Assembly: GCA_046262595.1 (NCBI GenBank)
Contig: JBHEMM010000002.1
Location: 31,701 to 95,700, forward strand
Length of the DNA: 64,000 nt
Direction of reading: 5' to 3'
Source: Vulcanimicrobiaceae bacterium
Lineage (GTDB): Bacteria > Vulcanimicrobiota > Vulcanimicrobiia > Vulcanimicrobiales > Vulcanimicrobiaceae
The translations under genes were made by a program, and so were the position numbers. Shown piece after piece: positions 8,418-17,911 of the stretch (within the stretch, counting starts at the first letter, position 1; every line of letters begins with the position of its first letter). The notes beneath the pieces are model-generated. The model was not told the origin of the DNA, ran no database searches, and saw only the letters and a program-made list of their open reading frames with translations.

Positions 8418-9067
8418 GGCGCCTTCATTGGCCGTTCGTAGCCCGCAATCTTTGCCCAGCGATCGACAATGCGGTCGATGTACGTGCGTGTTTCAGGATA
8501 CGGCGGCACGCCGTGGTAGGCGTCCACCGCACCGGGACCCGCATTGTACGCAGCAAGCGCCTCCACGAACGGCAGCGGATAGCGCGCGTAGATCCGCTCG
8601 TACGACGAGAGCAGCTGGGCGGCGCCCGCGATAGCCTGATCCGGATCGAACGGGTCGACACCGGCCGCGTCAGCGGTTTCCGGTTCGAACTGCGCGATAC
8701 CGATGGCGCCCGCTGCGGAGAGCGCGCGGGGATCGTATGCCGATTCTTGCAAAAGTGTCGCTGCCAATAGTTCCGGCGGCATTCCGTACGCCCGTGCCGC
8801 ACGAACGGTCGTTGCCGCCAGTACGAGCGCGTCCACGGGCCCGATCTGCGTATTCGTATGGAGAATCGCGCGGGTGATGGCGAGCGCCGGCCCGGTTACC
8901 GGCGGTCCGTCGCGCAACAGGCGCATGCCGGATACGGCAGGCACATAGGGGATGGGGTGCCAGCTTAATGCAACGCTCGCGAGAACGGGTAAGTACACCG
9001 TGGTATTCTCTGGTCGAACGGACGTTTGTCCGCACGACGCGCAACACAGCAAGAGGAAGCAAAGCAT
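8414..9067 (-). CDS. Lytic transglycosylase (SLT domain) protein
   Basis: SLT motifs LLQESAYDP (catalytic Glu), AIGIAQF and AYNAGPGAV are present, with a Cys-rich signal-like N-terminus. Confidence 0.85.
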   Translation of the reverse strand: MLCFLLLCCASCGQTSVRPENTTVYLPVLASVALSWHPIPYVPAVSGMRLLRDGPPVTGPALAITRAILHTNTQIGPVDALVLAATTVRAARAYGMPPELLAATLLQESAYDPRALSAAGAIGIAQFEPETADAAGVDPFDPDQAIAGAAQLLSSYERIYARYPLPFVEALAAYNAGPGAVDAYHGVPPYPETRTYIDRIVDRWAKIAGYERPMKAP

Positions 9068-9069
9068 CG

Positions 9070-9594
9070 ATGCCTGTAGCCGCAGCGCTAATCGTCCTCA
9101 TTCTTGGCGATTTCGGGTCCACTTTTTTTTATCACGTGCCGCAGCATCTTTGGTTCACCCTGCATCTACGGACGCACCACGACCGGCGGCGCCCGTATCT
9201 CGACCACGCCGTAATATCCGCCAACCCAGCCGTTTTACTCGACGGTTTTCTCGGGGCGGTGCCCTACCTGCTCGTTGCCGCTCTCGTCTGGCGCCTCTCC
9301 TGGCCGGGCGCGCTCGCCGGCCTGGCCTTGGGTCAGCTGCACGTTTGGTGGCGCCATACGAGCGAGCTGGGCTGGAAGACGCCGGTCTGGGCCCGGAAGG
9401 TGCTCCGGCCGCTCGGCGTCGTGCTGCCCGAGGACCACGACGGTCACCACCGAAACCCCGGCGTCGAGTTCGGCGACATCTTCCGTTTTTACGATGCCCC
9501 CGCCCGGGCACTGCTCGGCACCTTGGCCCCCACCAGCCGCCGCGCTAAGAACGCCGGCGTCCGGCGATTCAAACGCGCCGGCGCCATGAGGTAA
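9070..9594 (+). CDS. Small membrane His-box protein (fatty acid hydroxylase/desaturase superfamily-like)
   Basis: The start is an internal ATG at 9070 (MPVAAALIVLILGDFG). His clusters are HVPQH, HLRTHH, WRH and HDGHH, and the protein has hydrophobic segments. The stop lies 4 nt before the GT28 gene. Confidence 0.6.
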   Translation: MPVAAALIVLILGDFGSTFFYHVPQHLWFTLHLRTHHDRRRPYLDHAVISANPAVLLDGFLGAVPYLLVAALVWRLSWPGALAGLALGQLHVWWRHTSELGWKTPVWARKVLRPLGVVLPEDHDGHHRNPGVEFGDIFRFYDAPARALLGTLAPTSRRAKNAGVRRFKRAGAMR

Positions 9595-9597
9595 CTT

Positions 9598-10788
9598 TTG
9601 ACCAAGCGTGCGCTCTTTTTGATCTCCGACACGGGGGGCGGCCACCGCTCTGCTGCTGACGCGATCGTGGCGGCGCTCGACGAGATCCACGTTCCGAGCT
9701 CCTTCGAGCACCGGATCGACGACGTCGCGGCGCATTGCTCGTTTCCGCTCACCCAACTCGGCTGGGGCTACTCTACCGCGCTGCGTTATGCCCCGCCCGT
9801 CTACGGCGCGCTCTATTACGCGACGAACGGCCGCCGGCGCTATAAAGCGTTGGTGCGCTTCTGCGAGCCGATGTATCGCGAGCGCCTGCGCGATTTGTTT
9901 TTGAATTACCGCCCGGACGTCATCGTGTCCGTCCACCCGCTGCTCAACCACGCCGCCCTGCGCGCACGCGCAGATGCAACGATGCAGCACGTTCCGATCA
10001 TTACCGTCATCACGGATTTAGGTAAAGTGCACGAGTCCTGGCTCACGCCCGAAGCGGACGCGGTGGTGGTGCCTGCGCGCGAAGTGTACGAACGGGCGCT
10101 CTCGCGCGGCGTGCTGCCTTCGCGTTTGCGCATGCTCGGGCAGCCGATTCACCCGAAGTTCGATGACGTCACGGGCAGCAAAGAACAGCTGCGCGAGCAA
10201 CTCGGCTTACCGCGCAAAGCGTTCGTCACAATGCTCATGGCCGGCGGCGAAGGCGGCGGAAAGTTAATGCCGACGACGATCGCGCTTGCAAAGCGCAGTC
10301 TGCCGATGCATCTCGTGGTGGTGTGCGGCCGTAACGAAACATTGCAGGCAAAGCTCGAAGATCTTGCGCACTCGCTTCCCACGCCGATGACGGTGCTCGG
10401 CTTTACCGATAAGATCCCCGAACTCATGCGCGCGTCGGATCTTCTGGTCACGAAGGCCGGTCCGGGCACGCTTGCAGAGGCAAACGCCGCCCAGTTGCCC
10501 GTCGTCGTCTACGATTACGTTCCGGGTCAGGAACGCGGAAACGTCGACTTCGTGCGCAGCAACGGCATCGGCGAGGTTGCGCTCAACAGTACCGCCGAAG
10601 TCGCCCGCGCCGTCGAGCGCTTGGTGAAAAACGAATCGCGTGTCGCGCAGATGCGGCGCAACCAGGAACTGGTCGCCCCCAAACGCAGCTCGCGCCGCAT
10701 TGCGGCGCTCATCGCTTCGATGGCGAACGATCGCGTGATTCCGAGCGACGATGAATATATGCCCATGCCCCAGGCCGCTTCGCTCTAA
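9598..10788 (+). CDS. GT28-family glycosyltransferase (MGDG synthase / diacylglycerol glycosyltransferase-like)
   Basis: The gene uses a TTG start. The N-terminal LISDTGGGHRSAA motif and the C-terminal ASDLLVTKAGPGTLAEA motif are characteristic of the MGDG-synthase/UgtP family. Confidence 0.8.
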   Translation: MTKRALFLISDTGGGHRSAADAIVAALDEIHVPSSFEHRIDDVAAHCSFPLTQLGWGYSTALRYAPPVYGALYYATNGRRRYKALVRFCEPMYRERLRDLFLNYRPDVIVSVHPLLNHAALRARADATMQHVPIITVITDLGKVHESWLTPEADAVVVPAREVYERALSRGVLPSRLRMLGQPIHPKFDDVTGSKEQLREQLGLPRKAFVTMLMAGGEGGGKLMPTTIALAKRSLPMHLVVVCGRNETLQAKLEDLAHSLPTPMTVLGFTDKIPELMRASDLLVTKAGPGTLAEANAAQLPVVVYDYVPGQERGNVDFVRSNGIGEVALNSTAEVARAVERLVKNESRVAQMRRNQELVAPKRSSRRIAALIASMANDRVIPSDDEYMPMPQAASL

Positions 10789-10865
10789 GCGCCGGCGGCG
10801 GACAACTTTCCGCGCTTTAGCGGTGTTTTAGGGGCGCAGCACCTCAAGAGGCCGAAGAAGTTGTT

Positions 10866-11306
10866 ATGGATCTCACAAAAAACAGCCCCCGCAGCGTCGG
10901 CGAAAAGTCCTTCGGCATCGTGCAGTTGGCGCGCACCATCGACAAAGCGAACGCGACGGCGAACGGAACCGCCGGTGAATACGACTACGACTGCCGCATG
11001 GACCGCAATCTTTTTGAATTTCTGGGGACGAGCGGATCGGCGTTTTTGGACGTGGTCAAAAACTCCGAGAACGAGTGGGACATCGAAGCGTACGTTCAGG
11101 GCCTGATCTCGAAGATCGCTCCGCGCGAACTCGAAGCGTTCAACCGGCACACGCTGCAGCAGATTCCGCGCGGCGAGTCATGGAATCAATTTGCGGAATT
11201 GCGCACGCGCATCGCGCCGGAACGCACGGACGTTTCGACGTGGCCGGATTTGCTCGACCTCGATGAAGGCCGCACCGTTCCCGTGCGCGTCGCCGCGAAG
11301 AAGTAA
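10866..11306 (+). CDS. DUF5069-like hypothetical protein
   Basis: 146-aa ORF. From memory, PRSVGEKSFGIVQLARTIDKANA...GEYDYDC resembles the DUF5069 family. This is unverified. Confidence 0.6.
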   Translation: MDLTKNSPRSVGEKSFGIVQLARTIDKANATANGTAGEYDYDCRMDRNLFEFLGTSGSAFLDVVKNSENEWDIEAYVQGLISKIAPRELEAFNRHTLQQIPRGESWNQFAELRTRIAPERTDVSTWPDLLDLDEGRTVPVRVAAKK

Positions 11307-11315
11307 ACCGCCGCC

Positions 11316-12080
11316 TTACCTGCGTTTCACGAGCGCGCCGGAAACACGAAGCAGCGTCGCCCGTGGTGAGATACGCGGGCAGAACGCCGTCAGCTTATTC
11401 ATGAAACCGGGGATGACCATGCGTTTACCGCGCATCATCCCTTCGATTCCGGCCTTTGCAACGGATGCCGCGTCGGCCGCCGACGCGCGAAACAGCGCCG
11501 CCGTCTGCATCTTCGCGCGTTCCGCGAACTGCGTTTTCGTCGCGCCCGGACACAGTACCGTGACGCTCGCGCCGGTCTTACGCGTCTCCTCCCACAATGC
11601 TTCCGAAAACGAAATGACGTAGGCCTTCGCGGCGTAATACACCGCCATGTTCGGTCCGGGCAAGAACCCGGCCGTTGAGGCGACGTTCAGAATTCTGCCG
11701 TCGCCCCGCGCCATCATCTGCGGAAGATACAAGCGGCACAGCCGCGTGAGCGTTACAACGTCGAGCTCCAGCTCTTCATCGACGAGAGCCGGATCGATCT
11801 GCGCAAACGTTCCGTTGTTCGCAAAGCCGGCATTGTTTACGAGGACGTCGCAGCGCGGCACTTGCGCAAACAGCGCGGCCGCCGATCCGTCCTTCGCGAG
11901 ATCGAGCTCGACCGGCCGCGCGTCCACACCAAATTTCTCGCCGATCTGCGCCGCGAGCGCGTGCAACTTATCGAGCGAACGCGCGGCGAGTACGACGTCA
12001 TAGCCGGCCTGAGCGAGCAGTTGCGCAAACTCCCGGCCGAGGCCGCCCGAAGCGCCGGTGACGATTGCTTTAGACGGCAT
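11316..12080 (-). CDS. Short-chain dehydrogenase/reductase (SDR)
   Basis: The Rossmann motif TGASGGLG, NNAG and the catalytic YYAAK (YxxxK) are present. Confidence 0.9.
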   Translation of the reverse strand: MPSKAIVTGASGGLGREFAQLLAQAGYDVVLAARSLDKLHALAAQIGEKFGVDARPVELDLAKDGSAAALFAQVPRCDVLVNNAGFANNGTFAQIDPALVDEELELDVVTLTRLCRLYLPQMMARGDGRILNVASTAGFLPGPNMAVYYAAKAYVISFSEALWEETRKTGASVTVLCPGATKTQFAERAKMQTAALFRASAADAASVAKAGIEGMMRGKRMVIPGFMNKLTAFCPRISPRATLLRVSGALVKRR

Positions 12081-13032
12081 TGCCTGTGGTCAATCCTCCG
12101 CGCAGCGCCATCAGCGCGGCGCCGATGTACCCCGCATCGTTGCCGAGTTTCGCAATTGCCAGCCGCGTCGTGCCGCGCGGCACCATGACGGTGAGTTCGT
12201 CCATCCGCTCCTGCACCGCGTTCAGCATGAAGTCACCCGCCGTGCTGACCCCGCCGCCTAACGCGATCACTTCGGGATTCACGAAGGCGATCACGTTTGC
12301 AAGGCCCATCGCGAGATCCGCTGCAAAGTTTTTCCAAGCGGTGAGTGCATGCGCATCTCCGGCTTGTGCGGCGCGGCGAATCATCTTCGAGCCGAGTTTG
12401 TCGGGCGGTTTTGCGAGCAGCGTGCTTTTCGGAAAAGAAGCCGCCACCGCATAGGCATGGCGGATCAACCCCGTGCCGGACGCCTGCGCCTCAAAACAAC
12501 CGATCTTGCCGCAGCCGCAGATGAATCCGCCGTCCGGCCGGATTTGATGGTGCCCCATCTCGCCCGCGCCGGCGCGGTTGCCGATGAGCAGCTGTCCGCC
12601 CGATACGATGCCGCCGCCGATGCCGGTGCCCAGCGTGAGCAGCGCAAAGTCTTTGGTGCCTTTTCCGGTGCCGAACGTGTATTCCCCGAGCGTTGCGCAG
12701 CGCGCGTCGTTGCCGACGAACACCGGCATCGCGAACGCCTTGCGCAAGCGCGCGCCCAGCGGTACGCCGTTCCATTCGAAGTTGGGCGAGTAAAGGACCG
12801 CGCCGCTTTTCGGCTCGATGTTTCCGGGCGATCCGACGCCGATGCCGATAAGGCTCTTGGGTTTCGCATCGCGCAGCGCGCCTTCGATGACGCCGGCGAG
12901 CGCGCTCATCACCGCCTCGAACGAGCGGTCGGTGATGTCCTGCTCGTGCTGTGCGAGGATCTTTCCGTTTTCTTGCACGACCGCCGCAGTCGTGTGCGAG
13001 CCGCCCAAATCGACGCCGATCGCCTGTTGCAT
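12070..13032 (-). CDS. ROK-family glucokinase
   Basis: The start is an internal ATG at 13032 (MQQAIGVDLGGSHT). The ROK signature is LGTGIGGGIV, and the zinc motif is GHHQIRPDGGFICGCGKIGCFE. Confidence 0.85.
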   Translation of the reverse strand: MQQAIGVDLGGSHTTAAVVQENGKILAQHEQDITDRSFEAVMSALAGVIEGALRDAKPKSLIGIGVGSPGNIEPKSGAVLYSPNFEWNGVPLGARLRKAFAMPVFVGNDARCATLGEYTFGTGKGTKDFALLTLGTGIGGGIVSGGQLLIGNRAGAGEMGHHQIRPDGGFICGCGKIGCFEAQASGTGLIRHAYAVAASFPKSTLLAKPPDKLGSKMIRRAAQAGDAHALTAWKNFAADLAMGLANVIAFVNPEVIALGGGVSTAGDFMLNAVQERMDELTVMVPRGTTRLAIAKLGNDAGYIGAALMALRGGLTTGNAV

Positions 13033-13072
13033 GCGGGCTTGTTCCGCGCGTGCGCCGAAGAACCTACGCGTC

Positions 13073-13750
13073 ATGGAAACCATCGATCTCATCAACTTAC
13101 GCGCGTATTCGCGCGAAACCGGACAGCCCACGCACCCCGAAATGCTCGACGCGCGTCCCATCGAACGCGTGAAGAAAGTGGAGATCGACGAAGAGCATAT
13201 CACGATCACCTACAATCAAACGACGACGCGCTACTACAACGCGAACGAAGTCACGCAGCGCGAGTGGGAATATAAGTACAACGACGATGCGGAAATGGTT
13301 TCAGCAATCGCACGCGTCATCGACGTCGCGCGCAAGCACCACAAGGACTTGCCGGAAAACGTTGCGTGCCCGCCCGGATGCGCAGAGTGCTGCAGCGGGT
13401 ACGAGCCCTTCGTCAGCCGCGAGGACGTACAGCGCATCGCGACACACCTCAATATGTCCGCGCGCGAGGTCATGGACGGGTACGTCGTCACCCGGAAATC
13501 GGCGGACGGATACTATGTCGGCTGGCTGCGCAAGGTTACCGATGATGTCGCCGACCAGTGCGTCTTCTTAAAAGAAGCCAAACCCGGTAAATTTTATTGC
13601 GGCATCTACGAAGGCCGCCCCGGCGACTGCCGCGACTTTACGCCGATAGGCTGCCAAGACGTAAACGAAGAGCTGCCTCGCCGCGCCAACTTTAAAATCG
13701 GGGCGCCGTTCGAGCCGCGTCATCGCGGCAAAGGGACGCGCCGCCGCTAA
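13073..13750 (+). CDS. YkgJ-family cysteine-cluster protein (UPF0153-like)
   Basis: The start is an internal ATG at 13073 (METIDL). Cys clusters are CPPGCAECCSG and CVFL...FYCGIYEGRPGDCRDF. Confidence 0.65.
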   Translation: METIDLINLRAYSRETGQPTHPEMLDARPIERVKKVEIDEEHITITYNQTTTRYYNANEVTQREWEYKYNDDAEMVSAIARVIDVARKHHKDLPENVACPPGCAECCSGYEPFVSREDVQRIATHLNMSAREVMDGYVVTRKSADGYYVGWLRKVTDDVADQCVFLKEAKPGKFYCGIYEGRPGDCRDFTPIGCQDVNEELPRRANFKIGAPFEPRHRGKGTRRR

Positions 13751-13765
13751 CTCCAAAACGCGGGC

Positions 13766-16642
13766 ATGCTGGCTAAAATATTCTGTGCTTTCAGCTTCGC
13801 TGCCGCGCTGACCGGTTTCGCTCTTCCGGCACAAGCCGCGGACGCGCTGCACTGGCGCAATATCGGCCCGTTCCGGGGCGGTCGCACCGTTTCGATCGCA
13901 GGCGTTCCGCGGCATCCCGGTGTCTTTTACATGGCACCAACGGACGGCGGTGTCTGGAAATCGACGGATTACGGGCGCACCTGGAACGCGGTTTTTGATG
14001 GTCAGGACACCGGATCGATCGGTGCGCTCGCGGTCGCGCCGGGCGATTCACGCATCGTGTATGCCGCGTCCGGCGAGGGCCTGCGCCGTCCGGATCTTTC
14101 GGTGGGCGATGGCATCTATAAATCGTCCGACGGCGGCGCAACATGGGCGCACCTGGGCCTGCGCGACGCGCAGCAGATCAACGGCCTCGCCGTCGATCCG
14201 CGCGATCCGAACCGCCTGTTCGCAGCCGTGATGGGTCATCCGTACGGCCCGAACGCGCAGCGTGGGCTCTTCCGCAGCACGGACGGCGGCGCGACGTGGT
14301 TAAAACTGTTGGGCAGCGACGACAACACGGGTGCTGCCGCCGTCGTCATCGACCCGAACGATCCCGATACGCTTTATGCAAGTCTTTGGGCGTCGCGGAA
14401 TCCGCCGTGGCGCTTGGGCGACTCGCTTCAGCTCTATAACAAGGGCGGCATCTACAAATCCGTCGACGGCGGCACCACATGGAAGCAGTTGCACGGCGGC
14501 CTGCCCGGAAGCATGGGACGCGCCGGCATCAGCGTTGCAAAAAGCGATTCCAGCCGCATCTATGCTTGGGTGAACTGGGAAGGAAAATGCGGTATCTTCC
14601 GGTCGGATGACGCCGGCGCAACCTGGCATCAGCAAGACAGCGAAGACCGCGTGTGCGGACGCGGCGACGACTTCAGCGGAATCGCCGCCGATCCGACCGA
14701 TGCAAACACCGTGTACGCGGCGAACACAACGACGTATCGATCCGTTGACGCCGGAAAAACCTGGACCGGCATCAAGGGCGCCCCCGGCGGCGACGATTAC
14801 CACACGGTCTGGATCGATCCGCAAAATCACGATATTATCGCGCTCGCGTGCGATCAAGGCGCGACGATCTCCGTGAATCGCGGGCAGACGTGGAGCAGTT
14901 GGTACAACCAGCCGACGGCGCAGTTTTATCACGTCGTCACCGACAACCGCTTTCCGTACCGGGTCTTCGGCGGTCAACAGGAAAGCGGCAGCGCCGAAGT
15001 CGCCAGCCGCAGTGACGACGGTTCGATTTGGATCCGTTACTGGCATCCGGTCGGTGCGCCGGAATACGCATACGTCGCGCCCGACCCGCTGCATCCGCAG
15101 ATCGTTTTCGGTGCCGGAGCCGGCACGGTTTCGCGTTATGACGAGCGCACGATGCAGACGCAAACCGTCTCGCCGGCGTATGGCGGCCGGTTCTTCGTGG
15201 GAAAGCTCCGCTACGACCGCACGGACCCCCTGATCTTCAACTACGTGGACAAACGCACGCTTTATTTCGGTGCCAACGTGATCTTCGCGACCCGCGACGG
15301 AGGCGTGCATTGGAAGACGATTAGCGGCGACCTTACCCGGCAACATCCGGGCGTGCCTGAAAACCTGGGCGCCTTTGCAAAAACGCCGCTTGCGAAAGAA
15401 GAACGCGGCGTGGTGTACAGCATCGCGCCCTCGTACGTCGACGCGGCGACGATTTGGGCGGGCACCGACGACGGACTCGTGTGGCTCACGCGCGACGCGG
15501 GCGCACATTGGCGCAACGTCACGCCGCCGGGACTGGGCGCCTGGAGCAAGGTCACGCAGATCGACTCATCGCACTTCGATAAAAATGCCGCGTATGTTTC
15601 GGTCAGCCGCTTGCGTCTGGACGATCTGCGTCCGTATATTTACCGCACCCACGACGGCGGAGCGCATTGGACGCGCATCACGGCCGGCTTGCCCGCCGAT
15701 GCTCCGGTCAACACGGTGCGCGAGGACGACGTGCGGCGCGGGCTGCTTTTTGCGGGCACGGAGCGCACGGTGTATTTCTCGCGCGACGACGGCGCGTCGT
15801 GGGAATCGCTGCAGCGCGATCTGCCTTCAACCTCCATCCGCGATCTGGCCGTGCATGGAAACGATCTCGTCGCGGGTACGCACGGACGTTCGTTCTGGAT
15901 TCTCGATGACATCGCACCGATGCGCGTTGCGGTGTCGCAATCCGTCACGTTGCTCAAACCTGCGGACGCCTACCGCGTGCGCCGCGACACGTGGACGGAC
16001 ACGCCGCTGCCCCCCGAAGAAGCGGCCGGCGAGAATCCGCCCGACGGTGCGATCCTCGATTACTATCTGCCGCGGAGCGTTGGATCGGCGCAGCTCGACA
16101 TCATCGACGCGTCGGGTAACGTGGTGCGGCGTTTCCGCAGCACTGACGTGCAGGCCGCCATCGATCCCGGGATTACGGTGCCGCGCTATTGGGTGCGGCG
16201 CGCGCAGCCGCTGCAGATCTCACGCGGCATGCACCGCTTCGTGTGGGATTATCGTTACAGCGAACCGCTCGCGCTCAATCGCGACTACCCGATCTCCGCG
16301 ATACCGCACGACACGCCGCTGAGCCCGCAGGGCGTCCTGGCGTTGCCCGGCACGTACACCGTGCGATTGACGGCCGGCGGGCATACCAGCTTGCAGCGGC
16401 TCGTCCTGCGAATGGATCCACGCGTGCAGGTGCCGGCACGCGCCTTACGGGCGCAGTTCCGTTTGGCGAGCCGGATTGTTTCGCTGATGAACCGAACGTC
16501 GCTCAAAGCCAAAAGCGACCGGCGTTTCGCCGTTCTCAACGGCCGCCTGGGCGCGCTCCTCGACGTGGTTGAAAGCGCCGACGCAGCACCCACGCCGGCT
16601 GCTGCAGCCGCCGTATTCGCCATCGACAGGCTCGTCCATTAA
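13766..16642 (+). CDS. Secreted BNR/Asp-box repeat protein (sortilin/VPS10-like beta-propeller)
   Basis: The signal peptide is MLAKIFCAFSFAAALTGFALPAQA. There are at least 10 Asp-box repeats (KSTDYGRTW, KSSDGGATW, RSTDGGATW, KSVDGGTTW, RSDDAGATW, RSVDAGKTW, TRDGGVHW, TRDAGAHW, THDGGAHW, SRDDGASW). Confidence 0.85.
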   Translation: MLAKIFCAFSFAAALTGFALPAQAADALHWRNIGPFRGGRTVSIAGVPRHPGVFYMAPTDGGVWKSTDYGRTWNAVFDGQDTGSIGALAVAPGDSRIVYAASGEGLRRPDLSVGDGIYKSSDGGATWAHLGLRDAQQINGLAVDPRDPNRLFAAVMGHPYGPNAQRGLFRSTDGGATWLKLLGSDDNTGAAAVVIDPNDPDTLYASLWASRNPPWRLGDSLQLYNKGGIYKSVDGGTTWKQLHGGLPGSMGRAGISVAKSDSSRIYAWVNWEGKCGIFRSDDAGATWHQQDSEDRVCGRGDDFSGIAADPTDANTVYAANTTTYRSVDAGKTWTGIKGAPGGDDYHTVWIDPQNHDIIALACDQGATISVNRGQTWSSWYNQPTAQFYHVVTDNRFPYRVFGGQQESGSAEVASRSDDGSIWIRYWHPVGAPEYAYVAPDPLHPQIVFGAGAGTVSRYDERTMQTQTVSPAYGGRFFVGKLRYDRTDPLIFNYVDKRTLYFGANVIFATRDGGVHWKTISGDLTRQHPGVPENLGAFAKTPLAKEERGVVYSIAPSYVDAATIWAGTDDGLVWLTRDAGAHWRNVTPPGLGAWSKVTQIDSSHFDKNAAYVSVSRLRLDDLRPYIYRTHDGGAHWTRITAGLPADAPVNTVREDDVRRGLLFAGTERTVYFSRDDGASWESLQRDLPSTSIRDLAVHGNDLVAGTHGRSFWILDDIAPMRVAVSQSVTLLKPADAYRVRRDTWTDTPLPPEEAAGENPPDGAILDYYLPRSVGSAQLDIIDASGNVVRRFRSTDVQAAIDPGITVPRYWVRRAQPLQISRGMHRFVWDYRYSEPLALNRDYPISAIPHDTPLSPQGVLALPGTYTVRLTAGGHTSLQRLVLRMDPRVQVPARALRAQFRLASRIVSLMNRTSLKAKSDRRFAVLNGRLGALLDVVESADAAPTPAAAAAVFAIDRLVH

Positions 16643-16663
16643 CCGTCTTTATGAAAGGATCAT

Positions 16664-17062
16664 ATGCTTAAACGAATGTCCGCCGCCGCAATCGCCGCAC
16701 TCCTGCTCACGGCCGGCGCGGCGTGGGCCTCACCAAAGACCATGACCGTAACGATGCGAGCCGAAAACAACAGCGGCGAAAAAGGCACCGCGCAGCTCAT
16801 GCAGCTCCCCAATGGCGTGCAAGTGAAGATCGCATTGTCCGGCGCGCCCAAGACGGCGCAGCCCGCGCACATCCACGAAGGCACGTGTCAAAAACTCAAT
16901 CCGGCGCCGAAAGTCATGCTGAACAGCATCGTCAACGGAAAATCCACGACGTTCGTGAAGGGTGCGAAACTGAGCGACTGGACGGCCCGCGCATACGCCA
17001 TCAACGTGCACCGGAGCACGAGCGCGCTGCAAGTGTACGTTTCTTGCGGAGCGGTTAAGTAG
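16664..17062 (+). CDS. Small secreted protein with HIHEGTC motif (CHRD/Cu,Zn-SOD-like guess)
   Basis: AAAGGA lies upstream of the ATG. The signal peptide is MLKRMSAAAIAALLLTAGAAWA. The function is uncertain. Confidence 0.6.
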   Translation: MLKRMSAAAIAALLLTAGAAWASPKTMTVTMRAENNSGEKGTAQLMQLPNGVQVKIALSGAPKTAQPAHIHEGTCQKLNPAPKVMLNSIVNGKSTTFVKGAKLSDWTARAYAINVHRSTSALQVYVSCGAVK

Positions 17063-17069
17063 CGCCGTC

Positions 17070-17675
17070 ATGCGGCAGCACATGGAAACGCGGGTCGCCG
17101 TTTCACGATTCGGCGAACCGGCGCAAGCCGATCTTCCCGCGGACATTCGCGAAGTTTATGAGAAGAACCAAGAAAAGATCGGTTTCGTTCCCAATGTGTT
17201 TCGCGCGTACGCCAAAAGGCCGGAGCATTTCCGCGCCTTTCTGGCGTACCACGACGTCTTGATGAAGGGGCAGTCCAACCTCACGCGCGCCGAACGCGAA
17301 GCGATCGTCGTCGCCGTATCCTCGGAAAACCGCTGCCAATACTGCATGGTCGCACACGGCGCCGCGCTGCGCGTCCTCAGCAAAGATCCAATGCTTGCCG
17401 AACAGATCGCCAACAATTGGCGCACAGCCGACCTTCCGCCGCGCCTGCGCGCGATGCTGGCGTTTGCCTCCCGCGTGAACGAACAGGGCTTCGCCGCCAC
17501 CGAACACGAGATCGACGCGCTGCATTTGGCGGGGTTCGGCAACGACGATATTTGGGATATCGCCGCAATCGCCGGATTCTTCGGTTTCTCGAACCGCATG
17601 GCGGGCGTCATGGACATGCGGCCCAATGCGGAGTTCTATACGATGGGCCGCGCGCGCGAACCGGCGCCCGAATAG
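17070..17675 (+). CDS. AhpD-like / carboxymuconolactone decarboxylase family peroxidase-related protein
   Basis: GFVPNVFRAYAKRPE, the CxxC motif in ENRCQYCMVAHG, and FFGFSNRM are typical of the peroxidase-related (AhpD-fold) family. Confidence 0.75.
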   Translation: MRQHMETRVAVSRFGEPAQADLPADIREVYEKNQEKIGFVPNVFRAYAKRPEHFRAFLAYHDVLMKGQSNLTRAEREAIVVAVSSENRCQYCMVAHGAALRVLSKDPMLAEQIANNWRTADLPPRLRAMLAFASRVNEQGFAATEHEIDALHLAGFGNDDIWDIAAIAGFFGFSNRMAGVMDMRPNAEFYTMGRAREPAPE

Positions 17676-17708
17676 TCACGCGCGAGCGCCGCGAACCGTT
17701 CCGGCTGT

Positions 17709-17911
17709 ATGGACGGCGAATTTGCGGAGATCAACGTCACCCCGTTTGCCGACGTTTTGCTGGTACTGCTCGTCATCTTCATGATTCTGGCCGCGCTGGT
17801 TGTGGGCCGCGATTCGAACGCAAACTGCCCTGCAACTGCGTTGAACCCGCGCCGCCCACCTCGCAAACCGCGATAACGACGGATTGGTCGTGCGCGTACT
17901 CACGCTCGTGA
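17709..17911 (+). pseudogene. ExbD/TolR-family gene relic (frameshifted and truncated)
   Basis: A hand-found 55-codon ORF (17709..17876, below the track cutoff) starts MDGEFAEINVTPFADVLLVLLVIFMILAALVV, the canonical ExbD/TolR N-terminal TM motif. ExbD-like periplasmic residues (FERKLP...TAITTD) continue only in another frame, to the stop at 17911. Confidence 0.6.
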
